DNA of 64,000 nucleotides from an uncultured delta proteobacterium (GTDB lineage: Bacteria; Myxococcota; Myxococcia; Myxococcales; Myxococcaceae). The notes under the pieces were generated by a model. The model did not search any database. It worked only from the letters and a program-made list of their open reading frames with translations, and was not told the DNA's origin. Of the stretch, positions 39,569 through 48,153 are shown in pieces. Numbering within the stretch: the first letter of the stretch is position 1; each line of letters begins with the position of its first letter. The stretch is taken from NCBI GenBank assembly GCA_963771175.1, contig CAVYSY010000033.1, forward strand, positions 480,001 through 544,000, written 5' to 3'. A program made the translations under genes and the position numbers.

Positions 39569-40658
39569 GGAGTTACGCGCCTACGTGCGCGAGCGCTTTC
39601 CGCTCGCGCTCTACGTGCCGCTGGCGGTGCTCCTCGCGGTGGCAGCGGAGGTGGGGAGCGGGACGGAGCCGCTGGCCATGCGAGTGCGAGACGTGCTGCT
39701 GGCCTGGGGGCTCGTCTTCCAGTTCCGGTTGTGGGACGACCTGGCGGACCGGGAGAGGGACAGGCAGGAGCGGCCAGAGCGGGTGTTGAGCCGGGCCCGC
39801 TCGCCGCGCCCCTTTCATCGGTTGCTGGCGGTGGCGGCGGGGAGCAACGTGGTGCTGCTCAGTCTGCCCCGGCCCTCGCTCCCGGTATTGGGCGGCTATC
39901 TGGCGCTCCAGGCCGCCTTTCTCGGAGGGTACGCGGTGCTTCGGCACCGGCCGCGGTGGCGGCTGGGCGCCGCACTCGCGGTCCTCGCCAAGTACCCGGC
40001 CTTTGTCGCCCTGCTCGCCATGCCCGTGCACGGTGCTCCCGCCTGGCGCTTGCCACTCGCCATGGCGGTGGTGTTCCTGTGCTTCGGCGTCCACGAGCTG
40101 CTGCACGACGAGCGGCTGCGCTCCTCTGCCCTGGCCCTGCCCGTGCTCGTCGGCCAGGCGCTGGTCCTGCAGGGGCTGCTGGGGGGGCTGGTGTGGGCCG
40201 TGCGCGAGCGGGGCGCGGGTTGGCTGGCGGTGCAGGCGGTGCCGTGCCTGGCCACCGCCACCCTGCTGGCCTGGCTCATCCACCGATGGAGTGGGGGCCG
40301 AGCACCCGGCCCATACGCCTACGCTCTCTTCGCCCTCTGCCTGCTGCAGCTGATATTGAGTTCCGCCTCAATCCCTACTCAGCCGGTGCGCCCCATCAAG
40401 GAAGCGGAGGGCCCCGCGGCGGCGGTGCAGCCTCCATCGACCGCGAAGTCCTGGCCGGTGATGAACGAGGCCTTGTCGCTGAAGAGGAAGACGACGAGCT
40501 CGGCCACCTCCTCGGGCAGCCCCACGCGGTTCATCGGGTGGAGCGAGGCGGCGAAGGCGCGCCCCTGTGGCTCATCGAGCCGCCAGCCATCGGTGGCCAT
40601 CTCCGACTCGACGACACCGGGGCTCACCGCGTTCACCCGGATGCCCTTCTGCGCATAG
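39549..40658 (+). CDS. UbiA-prenyltransferase-like membrane protein (true end uncertain, probably near 40380)
   Basis: YVRERFP, then Asp-rich FRLWDDLADRERDRQERPERVL; about 8 hydrophobic helices; the ORF tail runs antisense into the SDR gene. Confidence 0.65.
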   Translation: MCAWGSEELRAYVRERFPLALYVPLAVLLAVAAEVGSGTEPLAMRVRDVLLAWGLVFQFRLWDDLADRERDRQERPERVLSRARSPRPFHRLLAVAAGSNVVLLSLPRPSLPVLGGYLALQAAFLGGYAVLRHRPRWRLGAALAVLAKYPAFVALLAMPVHGAPAWRLPLAMAVVFLCFGVHELLHDERLRSSALALPVLVGQALVLQGLLGGLVWAVRERGAGWLAVQAVPCLATATLLAWLIHRWSGGRAPGPYAYALFALCLLQLILSSASIPTQPVRPIKEAEGPAAAVQPPSTAKSWPVMNEALSLKRKTTSSATSSGSPTRFIGWSEAAKARPCGSSSRQPSVAISDSTTPGLTAFTRMPFCA

Positions 40659-41173
40659 TCGATGGCGGCACCGCGCGAGAGCGCGACGACGCCGGCCTTG
40701 GAGGCACTGTAGCCAGAGAGCCCAGGCAGGGCGCGCGAGGCGCCCACCGAGGCACAGTTGACGATGGAGCCCCCTCCGTTCGCGAGCATGGCGTTGAGCT
40801 GATGCTTCATGCACCAGAAGGTGCCGCGGAGGTTGGTGTTCATCAGCAGGTCGAACTCGTCATTGGTCATCTCGGCGAGCGGCTTCATGATGCCGGCACC
40901 GGCATTGTTGAAGGCGCCGTCGAGACGGCCATAGGTGGAGACCGCGGTCCGGACGAGCGCCTCGATGTCCCGCTCGACTCGCATGTCGGCGTTGACCCAC
41001 GTCACCTCTCCACCACGCTCCCGGATGTGGGCGACGAGCTCACGGCCCTTGGCTTCGCGTCGCGCGCTCGCGACCACCTTGGCGCCCTCGGCGGCGAGCG
41101 CGATGGCCGTGGCTCGGCCGATGCCCGAGCTCGCGCCCGTCACGAGGATTACCTTGTCAGTCAACATGCCCAT
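40379..41173 (-). CDS. Short-chain dehydrogenase/reductase
   Basis: VTGASSGIG, FNNAG, YSASK, IRVNAVSPG, VDGG. Confidence 0.93.
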   Translation of the reverse strand: MGMLTDKVILVTGASSGIGRATAIALAAEGAKVVASARREAKGRELVAHIRERGGEVTWVNADMRVERDIEALVRTAVSTYGRLDGAFNNAGAGIMKPLAEMTNDEFDLLMNTNLRGTFWCMKHQLNAMLANGGGSIVNCASVGASRALPGLSGYSASKAGVVALSRGAAIDYAQKGIRVNAVSPGVVESEMATDGWRLDEPQGRAFAASLHPMNRVGLPEEVAELVVFLFSDKASFITGQDFAVDGGCTAAAGPSASLMGRTG

Positions 41174-41224
41174 CTCGCGTCCCCCAACACACAGTGTGAA
41201 CGGGCACCCGTCGCCGCTCAGGCC

Positions 41225-41239
41225 TGGCACCCGCGATGC
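41225..41239 (+). promoter_or_regulatory. Possible sigma-54 -24/-12 promoter for the thioesterase gene
   Basis: TGGCAC-CCGCG-ATGC (GG-N10-GC spacing) about 90 nt upstream of ATG 41326. Confidence 0.3.
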
Positions 41240-41325
41240 CCGGCTATTGTAACCGAGTAACTGACGCCCCACCTCGGGTGCGCCCCGACCCGGGGGATTG
41301 ACGGGACCCGCCCGTCCTCCGCAGC

Positions 41326-42117
41326 ATGACGTCACCCCGCATGCTCGTTCCTCCCGTCTACCGCCGCTGGGTGACCTGTCCTGAGCCGCGCCCGCAGGCG
41401 AGCCTCCGCCTGTTCTGCTTCCACTTCGCGGGAGGAGATGCCTCGCTCTTCCGGCTGTGGACGAAGCAGCTCCCCTCCTCCATCGAGGTGTGTCCCATCG
41501 AGCTGCCGGGCCGGGCCAGCCGCCGCGCCGAGCCCCCCATCACCGCCTTTCCCGAGCTGCTCGAGAAGGTGGCGAGCATGGTGCGCCCCTTCCTCAAGGA
41601 GCGCCCCTCCGTCTTCTTCGGGCACAGCTTCGGCGGCATCACCGCCTTCGAGCTGACGCGCTGGCTGCGCCGCCAGGGTGGCCCCCTACCGCTGCGCCTC
41701 TTCCTCTCGGCCTGCCCGGCCCTGCACGTGCGGCCCCGGCCCGCTCCTCCCATCAGCCACCTGTCGGACGCGGAGTTCCTGGAGCAGATCGCCTCCCGGT
41801 ATGGCGCGCCCCGGGACGTGCTCGCCAGTGATGACGTCCGGGACACGGTGCTGCCCGCGTTGCGCGCGGACCTGCTCGTCGCCGAGAGCTACCGCTACGC
41901 CGAGGAGCCACCGCTGGACGTGCCCATCTCGTCCTTCGGCGCCTGGGAGGACCCGGAGGTCAGCCCCGGGGAGGCGGAGGCGTGGAGCCAGCAGACCACC
42001 ACCGACTTCCGCCTGCGCATGTTCCCGGGCAACCACTTCTTCCTCGCGGCCGAGCGGGCCCGGCTGCACCAGGCCATCCTCGAGGATCTCCAGGGGCAGG
42101 TCGGCGTCAGCGCCTGA
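41326..42117 (+). CDS. Type II thioesterase
   Basis: RLFCFHFAGG, ELPGR, GHSFG, LPALRAD, FPGNHFF. Confidence 0.92.
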   Translation: MTSPRMLVPPVYRRWVTCPEPRPQASLRLFCFHFAGGDASLFRLWTKQLPSSIEVCPIELPGRASRRAEPPITAFPELLEKVASMVRPFLKERPSVFFGHSFGGITAFELTRWLRRQGGPLPLRLFLSACPALHVRPRPAPPISHLSDAEFLEQIASRYGAPRDVLASDDVRDTVLPALRADLLVAESYRYAEEPPLDVPISSFGAWEDPEVSPGEAEAWSQQTTTDFRLRMFPGNHFFLAAERARLHQAILEDLQGQVGVSA

Positions 42118-42226
42118 CGGGAGGCCCCGGCAATTTCCCCGGCGACCCGGGCGTTCCCGGTAGTCTTCCGCCCGCGCCGCCAGGCCTCCCCGCCCACCGG
42201 GCAGGCGGCCTCCGAGGACCCCGTAC

Positions 42227-43183
42227 GTGCTCACCCGCTACTCCGATTGGAAGAAGCCGACCGACGCGGCCTATGCATTCCAGCTCCGTGCGGTGGCTCC
42301 CGAGCGGGCGGACGGGTTCACCCCGGAGCTTCCCGCGCCTGGGACTCGGAGTGACATCCGGCAGGTCGCCCGAGAGGTCCTCGAGGACGGAGCGGCGGAC
42401 CGTTTCGAGCAGCGAATCCACCGCTGGTCCGGCCCGGAGGACGTGGTCGGCGAGGCGGGCGAGAAACCCTACGAGGGCCAGCAGCACACCTTCGCGGAGC
42501 ACGCGTGGCGGAACGCGCTCACGATGCGCGACCTCGACTCGGTGCTCCGGGGCGACGTCCTGGTGATGAGGGGCCGCGCCGGGCAGGCGGACTATGTGCT
42601 GCGCGACCACCACATGCTCGACGTGGCCCTCTACCACTACCGCACGACGGGGGAGCTGCCGCGCACCCTCTTCCACGCGGATCGCCACTCCGACTGGTGC
42701 AAGGACAGCTTCCTGGAGTCGCGCACGCCCCCGCAGGCGGCCACCTGGTGGAAGCTCTTCGAGGGGCTCAAGCGGCCGGAGGGCTCCGAGCCCGTGCTCA
42801 ACGAGCAGGACGTCTTCTTCACCACCGCCCAGGCCGAGCACCGGCCCTGGATGACCGGCCGGAACGTGGACGCCTCCCTCCGCGTCCCCTGGTTCGTGGA
42901 CACCGGCGAGCTGCACTGGCAGCAGGTGCTCGACCGGCCCGGCGCGACCGGGACGGATTGGGTCTCCTTGGACCTGGACTACTTCCAGCCCTCGCCGCAG
43001 CTCCGGCTGAGCGGTGGCCTCCTGCGGGATGCGCGCTTCCACGGGATGATGGCGGAGGCCCGGGTCCGGGTCTTCGTGCTCTCGCCCCAGTTCACCAATG
43101 GGGGAGACAAGATCGATCCCTGGGAGATCCAGGGCGGCCTCCACTCGACGCTCCGGCTGCTGAACCTGCTGCGCCGACCCTGA
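42227..43183 (+). CDS. Hypothetical metallo-hydrolase, UPF0489/arginase-deacetylase-like
   Basis: DHH, FHADRHSD and LDLDYF motifs. Confidence 0.55.
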   Translation: MLTRYSDWKKPTDAAYAFQLRAVAPERADGFTPELPAPGTRSDIRQVAREVLEDGAADRFEQRIHRWSGPEDVVGEAGEKPYEGQQHTFAEHAWRNALTMRDLDSVLRGDVLVMRGRAGQADYVLRDHHMLDVALYHYRTTGELPRTLFHADRHSDWCKDSFLESRTPPQAATWWKLFEGLKRPEGSEPVLNEQDVFFTTAQAEHRPWMTGRNVDASLRVPWFVDTGELHWQQVLDRPGATGTDWVSLDLDYFQPSPQLRLSGGLLRDARFHGMMAEARVRVFVLSPQFTNGGDKIDPWEIQGGLHSTLRLLNLLRRP

Positions 43184-43186
43184 AAG

Positions 43187-43228
43187 ACGACGGGCGGCCC
43201 CTCCGTGAGGAAGGACCGCCCATCGTTC
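43187..43228. terminator. Hairpin between convergent genes; probable terminator
   Basis: GACGACGGGCGGCCCTCC-gtga-GGAAGGACCGCCCATCGTT imperfect inverted repeat. Confidence 0.5.
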
Positions 43229-43249
43229 AACCCCTACAGCCCAGCCGGG

Positions 43250-45463
43250 TTACGGCTTGGTGTAGTTGAGGGTCAGGGTGTAGGAGCCCGCGGAGGCGCC
43301 GCGCACCATGACGTAGGCGTTGCTCTGACCGGCCGGCACCGTGAGGGTGCACGTCTCGGAGGCGCCGGACGCGTTCGAGCGGCAGTCGTAGGCGCTGGTG
43401 GTGGGCGCCGAGCCGAAGCGCACGTACAGGTCGGGGTTGCCCGAGCCCGTCATGGTCACCGTGAAGGAGGTGCCGGCCACCACGCTGTACGGGCCGTAGT
43501 TGTCGAGCTCGCGCTTGGCCACGGTGCCGCTGACCGTCTCGGTCACCGGCGTGCCGGTGCCGCCGCCCGAGCCGCTGTAGCTGCCCTTGAGGGTGACGCC
43601 CGAGTACGCCGAGTAGGCGTTGAGCATCACGTACCAGGTGCCCGCGGCCGGGTTGGTGAAGGAGCAGAGCTCCGCGTTGCCGCTCTTGTACGGACGGCAG
43701 TCGTAGGTGCTGGAGCTCGGGACGGCGCCGTAGCGCACGTACAGGTCCGCGTCACCCGTGCCGCCGCTGATCTCGAAGGCCACGCTCGGCTGACCGGCGG
43801 GCACCTCGAGCGAGTAGTACTTCTTGTTGCCGGAGCTGCCGGAGAGGCTGCTCACCGGCACGCCGTTGGTCAGCGGGTCGACCACCGGAGGCGGAGGAGG
43901 CACGCCCACGGCCTTCCAGGCCTCGTTGACGGCGCTCGCCTCGGCCGAGCCCGCACCGTAGAGGGCCTCGGCGGCCTGCACGGTGTACGTCTTGGCCTGC
44001 TCGAAGGTGGTGCCGGAGGTGAAGAGGTCCGTGTTGGCCTTGTAGAAGATGCGGCCGGCCTTCTCCGGGCCAATCGCCGCCACGGCGTTGCTCGTCTTGC
44101 CACGCGGGTGCGTGCCGCCCTTGGAGAGCATCGAGAACACCAGGTTGCTGATGCCCGAGCTGTAGTGCACGTCCACGCCCGAGGAGTAGTCGCCGTAGAA
44201 GTCGAGCGAGCTGCCGTCCTTGGCCGGGTCGTCCATGTAGCGGAGCGCGTCACCCGCGGTGGCCGGCGTCCAGATGTCCTCGCCAATCTTGAAGACGTCC
44301 GCGTCCACCGCCCAGCTGCGCGTCCAGCTCTCGCACACGCCGGCGAAGATGTCGGACATGGACTCGTTGAGGCCGCCGGACTCACCCGAGTACACGAGGT
44401 TCGACTCGGTGTCCGTCACGGCGTGGGTCAGCTCGTGGACGGTCACGTCCAGGTCCTTGCCCAGCTCGATGGAGTCCGTGCCGTTGCCGTCGCCGTACAC
44501 CATCTGGGTGCCGTCCCAGTAGGCGTTGACGTAGTTGGTGCTGTAGTGGACCGTGCTGGTGAGCGTGGCGCCCGCGTTGTCGTACGAGTCGCGACCGAAG
44601 AGCACGCTGTAGCACTCGTAGGTCTTCCCCAGCATGTCGTAGTTGATGTCGACGTGGGCATCGCCGATGGCGGCCTGGCCCTCGCTGCGCTTGAGGGTGC
44701 CCGGGGTGCTGGTGCCGTTGTTGGCCGAGTACACCTTGCGGTTCATCGCGGTGTGGATGAGCGGGTTCACCAGCAGGGTGCCGCCGCGCTCCGCGTCCAC
44801 GTAGACGAGGTCATCGGCGGGCATGCCGTCGCGCTCGCCCTTCACGCGAACCTCGTAGGCCAGCCGAGGCTCCTGGCTGCCCTCGGAGCGCAGGTAGAGC
44901 AGCTTCGCCCCGCCCTCGGCGAAGGCACCGCGCGCGGAGGAGCCGTCCACGGCCGCCTTCAGCGCGGCCTCGGGGGCGACCTTCGCCCGCGCGGGCGCCA
45001 GCGAGCCATCACGGGCCGAGCCGTTGGCGCCGTAGACATTGCCCGCCGCGTCCACGTGCACGACGAGCTCGCCGCCCACCACCGGGAGGCCGTTCTTCGT
45101 CTGCTGGAAGCGCAGGTGCCGGTGGCCCTGCTCGTCCACCGTGGTGCGCTGGAACACCAGGTCGTTCCCGCTCACCCGGAACACCGGGCCCACGAGGCTC
45201 AGCGCCTCACGCACATCCAGGTCCGCCGAGCGCGCCAGCGTGCCCTGTACCTGGGCCGCCCGACCGAACTGACCCCGGACGGAGTAGGGAACGCCCTCGT
45301 CGCTGCCCAGCACCTGGGCACCCTTGATGCGAGCCAGAGCAGAGCGGATGTCCGCGTCATCGCCCGCGCTCACGGGCGCCTCGCCCTCCTGCATCGAACC
45401 GCACGCGGCCAGGCTCGCACCGAGCCACGCCACACAAAACGTCTTCAAGAACCGGTTGCTCAC
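43250..45463 (-). CDS. M4 (thermolysin-family) metallopeptidase with propeptide and two PPC domains; lipoprotein signal
   Basis: LAAC lipobox; NAYWDG; HELTH; GGLNESMSD; DVHYSSG; PPC motifs GDADLYVRYG and GNPDLYVRFG. Confidence 0.95.
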   Translation of the reverse strand: MSNRFLKTFCVAWLGASLAACGSMQEGEAPVSAGDDADIRSALARIKGAQVLGSDEGVPYSVRGQFGRAAQVQGTLARSADLDVREALSLVGPVFRVSGNDLVFQRTTVDEQGHRHLRFQQTKNGLPVVGGELVVHVDAAGNVYGANGSARDGSLAPARAKVAPEAALKAAVDGSSARGAFAEGGAKLLYLRSEGSQEPRLAYEVRVKGERDGMPADDLVYVDAERGGTLLVNPLIHTAMNRKVYSANNGTSTPGTLKRSEGQAAIGDAHVDINYDMLGKTYECYSVLFGRDSYDNAGATLTSTVHYSTNYVNAYWDGTQMVYGDGNGTDSIELGKDLDVTVHELTHAVTDTESNLVYSGESGGLNESMSDIFAGVCESWTRSWAVDADVFKIGEDIWTPATAGDALRYMDDPAKDGSSLDFYGDYSSGVDVHYSSGISNLVFSMLSKGGTHPRGKTSNAVAAIGPEKAGRIFYKANTDLFTSGTTFEQAKTYTVQAAEALYGAGSAEASAVNEAWKAVGVPPPPPVVDPLTNGVPVSSLSGSSGNKKYYSLEVPAGQPSVAFEISGGTGDADLYVRYGAVPSSSTYDCRPYKSGNAELCSFTNPAAGTWYVMLNAYSAYSGVTLKGSYSGSGGGTGTPVTETVSGTVAKRELDNYGPYSVVAGTSFTVTMTGSGNPDLYVRFGSAPTTSAYDCRSNASGASETCTLTVPAGQSNAYVMVRGASAGSYTLTLNYTKP

Positions 45464-45615
45464 TCGCACCTCTCCGAAGAAGGTGCCTCTTTCTTGACAT
45501 GCATGTTGCTTGGGTTTCAAGGCGAGGTGCTGATTTTCCCGATTTTTTCCGATGACTATTTGTAAACGTCGAAGAGAAACCAACTGGCTCCTCTGTAAAT
45601 GCTGTCAGGGTGATG

Positions 45616-45642
45616 GGTTTTTCTCTGGCCGCGAGAAAAACC
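45616..45642. promoter_or_regulatory. Perfect 10-bp inverted repeat in a divergent promoter region
   Basis: GGTTTTTCTC-tggccgc-GAGAAAAACC. Confidence 0.5.
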
Positions 45643-45767
45643 AGTTCCCGGCGGGCCTCGAATGCCCACCATGAACGCCGCCTGGAACGGCGCGATGAAC
45701 CGGGGGAGGCGGGCCGCTATCCTGCGCTCCCCTCCCCTCGCGGCCCCAGGAACCCGAAGAGCCCTCC

Positions 45768-47057
45768 ATGAAGCTCACGAAGCTCCGCATCCACAAGTAC
45801 CGGGACGTCGCGCCTGACACCGAACTCGTGTTCAGCCCGTCCCTCAACCTGGTGCTCGGCGAGAACGGCACGGGCAGGACGATGCTGCTGGACCTGCTCG
45901 CCCTCGTCCTCTCCGCGGACTTCTCCGGGCTGCTCCGCGAGGAGTTCTCCCTGGAGTACGGCCTCGCCTTCCCCGGAGTGGACCTCCACATCTCCGTCCG
46001 GAACGAGACGCACACCCCCTCACGGCCGCGACTCTCCCCTCACGACAAGCTGGAGCTCCTGCCACTCCGCACCCCGGAGCCCGTGCCGGAGTTCGACCCT
46101 TTCATGGAACTGGTCCTCCAGCTCCACGAGCCCGCCTCCCGGCTGGTGATGCGCGCCGATGCCTCGGGCATCACCTGGGAGGTGGATGGCCAGTCCGCCT
46201 ACACCCAGTCCATGCGGTGGTCCCTGTTGGATCGCACCGTGTGGGTGGTGCTCTTCATGACGGCCCAGTCCCTCGAAGCCAAGGTCAAGGACCGGCTCAA
46301 GGAGCTGCTCCGCCGCACCTTCCTGCTCGCGCCCTCGCGCTTCGACGAGGTGCTCGGGTCGTTCGAGCGGATTGGCAGGATTGAATACGGCATGGAGATG
46401 CGGGGTGAGGAGGTGTTCCCCCTCGGGCTGATGGGGCTGCCCACGTGGATGCCGGGGCTGCTCCGGGAGCGGGTGGCCCGAGGGCCCCTGGCCGCTGCCA
46501 TCGACATCCTCCCCGAAGAAGTCGAACACGGCTTCCTCGCGAGGTTCATCGCCCTGGCCGGCTTCGCCACGGGGCGGTTCCGGGTGGAGCTGCTGGGCAA
46601 GCGCAGCTTCGAGGGGGGTGGGCGTCTGGAGTTCGGGCGCTTCGGCTTCAGCTTCACCCGACGGGATGGCTCGCTGGTGTCGCACGAGCACCTCAGCCAC
46701 GGGCAGAAGCGACTGCTGTCCTTCCTGTACTACCTGGACGTCAACGAGGACTTCGTCATCGCGGACGAGCTGGCCTCGGGCCTGCACCCGCGCTGGGTCG
46801 AGGCGTGTGTGCGAGAGCTCGACGATCGCCAGGCCTTCGTCACCAGTCAGAACCCTGTCCTGTTCGAGCACCTCCCGCTCGGATCCGCCGAGGACGTCCG
46901 CACCTCCCTCATCCACTGCGAGCTCGGCCCGCGGGAAGGCCGCGAGCAGCGGGTCTGGTGCAACCCCTCGGAAGAGACGGCCGCGAAGCTCTTCCGCGCG
47001 TACCGCGAGGGGAACACGCCGCTCGCGACCCTGCTGCGGACCCACGGCCTGTGGTGA
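45768..47057 (+). CDS. ABC/AAA_21-type ATPase-like protein with a degenerate Walker A
   Basis: MKLTKLRIHKYR, LNLVLGENGTGRT, signature LSHGQKR, Walker B VIADELASGLHP, VTSQN. Confidence 0.8.
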   Translation: MKLTKLRIHKYRDVAPDTELVFSPSLNLVLGENGTGRTMLLDLLALVLSADFSGLLREEFSLEYGLAFPGVDLHISVRNETHTPSRPRLSPHDKLELLPLRTPEPVPEFDPFMELVLQLHEPASRLVMRADASGITWEVDGQSAYTQSMRWSLLDRTVWVVLFMTAQSLEAKVKDRLKELLRRTFLLAPSRFDEVLGSFERIGRIEYGMEMRGEEVFPLGLMGLPTWMPGLLRERVARGPLAAAIDILPEEVEHGFLARFIALAGFATGRFRVELLGKRSFEGGGRLEFGRFGFSFTRRDGSLVSHEHLSHGQKRLLSFLYYLDVNEDFVIADELASGLHPRWVEACVRELDDRQAFVTSQNPVLFEHLPLGSAEDVRTSLIHCELGPREGREQRVWCNPSEETAAKLFRAYREGNTPLATLLRTHGLW

Positions 47058-47070
47058 GCGCCGGCGGCGT

Positions 47071-47949
47071 TCAGCCCTGGGCCTGCCGCTCCCGCTCCAG
47101 CTCGGCCCGGAAGAAGGCCCTGCCCTCGGCGAGCTTCTCCATGTAGGGCCGCACGTCCTCGCGGGACTCGGGAGACAGCAGCGCGAAGGGCGTCACGTGC
47201 TCGTCCGGCACGTAGCGGAACGTGAGGTTGATTCGCCGGGTCCTGAAGTCCGGCAGCTCGGGCGGCAGCAGGTGGCCGCCTCGGGTGTCCACCCGCTGCA
47301 CCCGGTGGAAGGTCTGATCCTTCCAGCGCGCACCACCGAAGAGCTGCAACGCGCCATCGTCGAGCCACTGCTCGAGCACCACCTCGTCGCGCTCACCCGG
47401 GCGAGAGGAGGTGACGAACTGGATGAGCGCGCGCTCGCCAAGGGAGAGCGAGGCCACCGGTCCCGGCTCGAAGTCCTTGTGCTCACCCACCCGCGCGGTG
47501 TCCACCCAGCGCCCGTCCTCCAGGCGGCTGCCGTAGAAGTTCACCAGGCAGGTGTTGAGGTGCCAGCCGGCGGGCATGTCCGGGCCGCGGAACATCCGGC
47601 GCGAGAGCTGCTCCATCTTGTCCACCTGACGCTGGAGCACCGCCGGGAAGGGCTCGGCCTTCACGCAGCGGTTCTTCACGCCCTTCGGCGGCCGGTAGTA
47701 GTCGAGGCACGCGAACTGCCAGTTGCCCAGCCAGTACACCGGGCGCAGCAGTCGCCGCTGGGGCTGTCCTGGGGGCGGCGGGAAGTGCTTGGAATAGCGC
47801 TCCTCCCACAGCGGATGCAGGGTGCCGAGCCAGGAGAGGATCTCCGCGCGGTCCGTCGCCGAGAGGAAGCTCGCGTTGTAATGGTGGCCCGGCGTGCGCT
47901 GGCGTGCCTTGTGAGACAGCGAGCGGCCGAAGCGGGGCGGGTAGGCCAT
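47071..47949 (-). CDS. AlkB-like 2-oxoglutarate/Fe(II) dioxygenase
   Basis: NTCLVNFY, HKD, VASLSLG, FHRV, RRINLTFR. Confidence 0.88.
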   Translation of the reverse strand: MAYPPRFGRSLSHKARQRTPGHHYNASFLSATDRAEILSWLGTLHPLWEERYSKHFPPPPGQPQRRLLRPVYWLGNWQFACLDYYRPPKGVKNRCVKAEPFPAVLQRQVDKMEQLSRRMFRGPDMPAGWHLNTCLVNFYGSRLEDGRWVDTARVGEHKDFEPGPVASLSLGERALIQFVTSSRPGERDEVVLEQWLDDGALQLFGGARWKDQTFHRVQRVDTRGGHLLPPELPDFRTRRINLTFRYVPDEHVTPFALLSPESREDVRPYMEKLAEGRAFFRAELERERQAQG

Positions 47950-48153
47950 GGGTTCTCCTTGCACTACCACAGCGCCCCGTGCATGGGGACTCGCTCCGAC
48001 GCTTCCCCTCCACCCGGGCGCGAGGCGCTTTGTAGGAATTCCGGACGTTTATGCCGCGCTGCCTCCCCTGGGGGGCGGGGGGGCAGGTCAACTCCGGCCG
48101 TTCTGCGCAATAATCGGGAGGTGCTCCGCAGAAAAGAAACAAAAGGAGGTCCT

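Noticed and set aside
35949..40380. A firm call of archaeal-type ether lipid synthesis (CarS plus DGGGP synthase)
   Set aside because: No GGGP synthase or G1P dehydrogenase is in the window and the cytidylyltransferase motifs are CdsA-like; kept only as an analogy.
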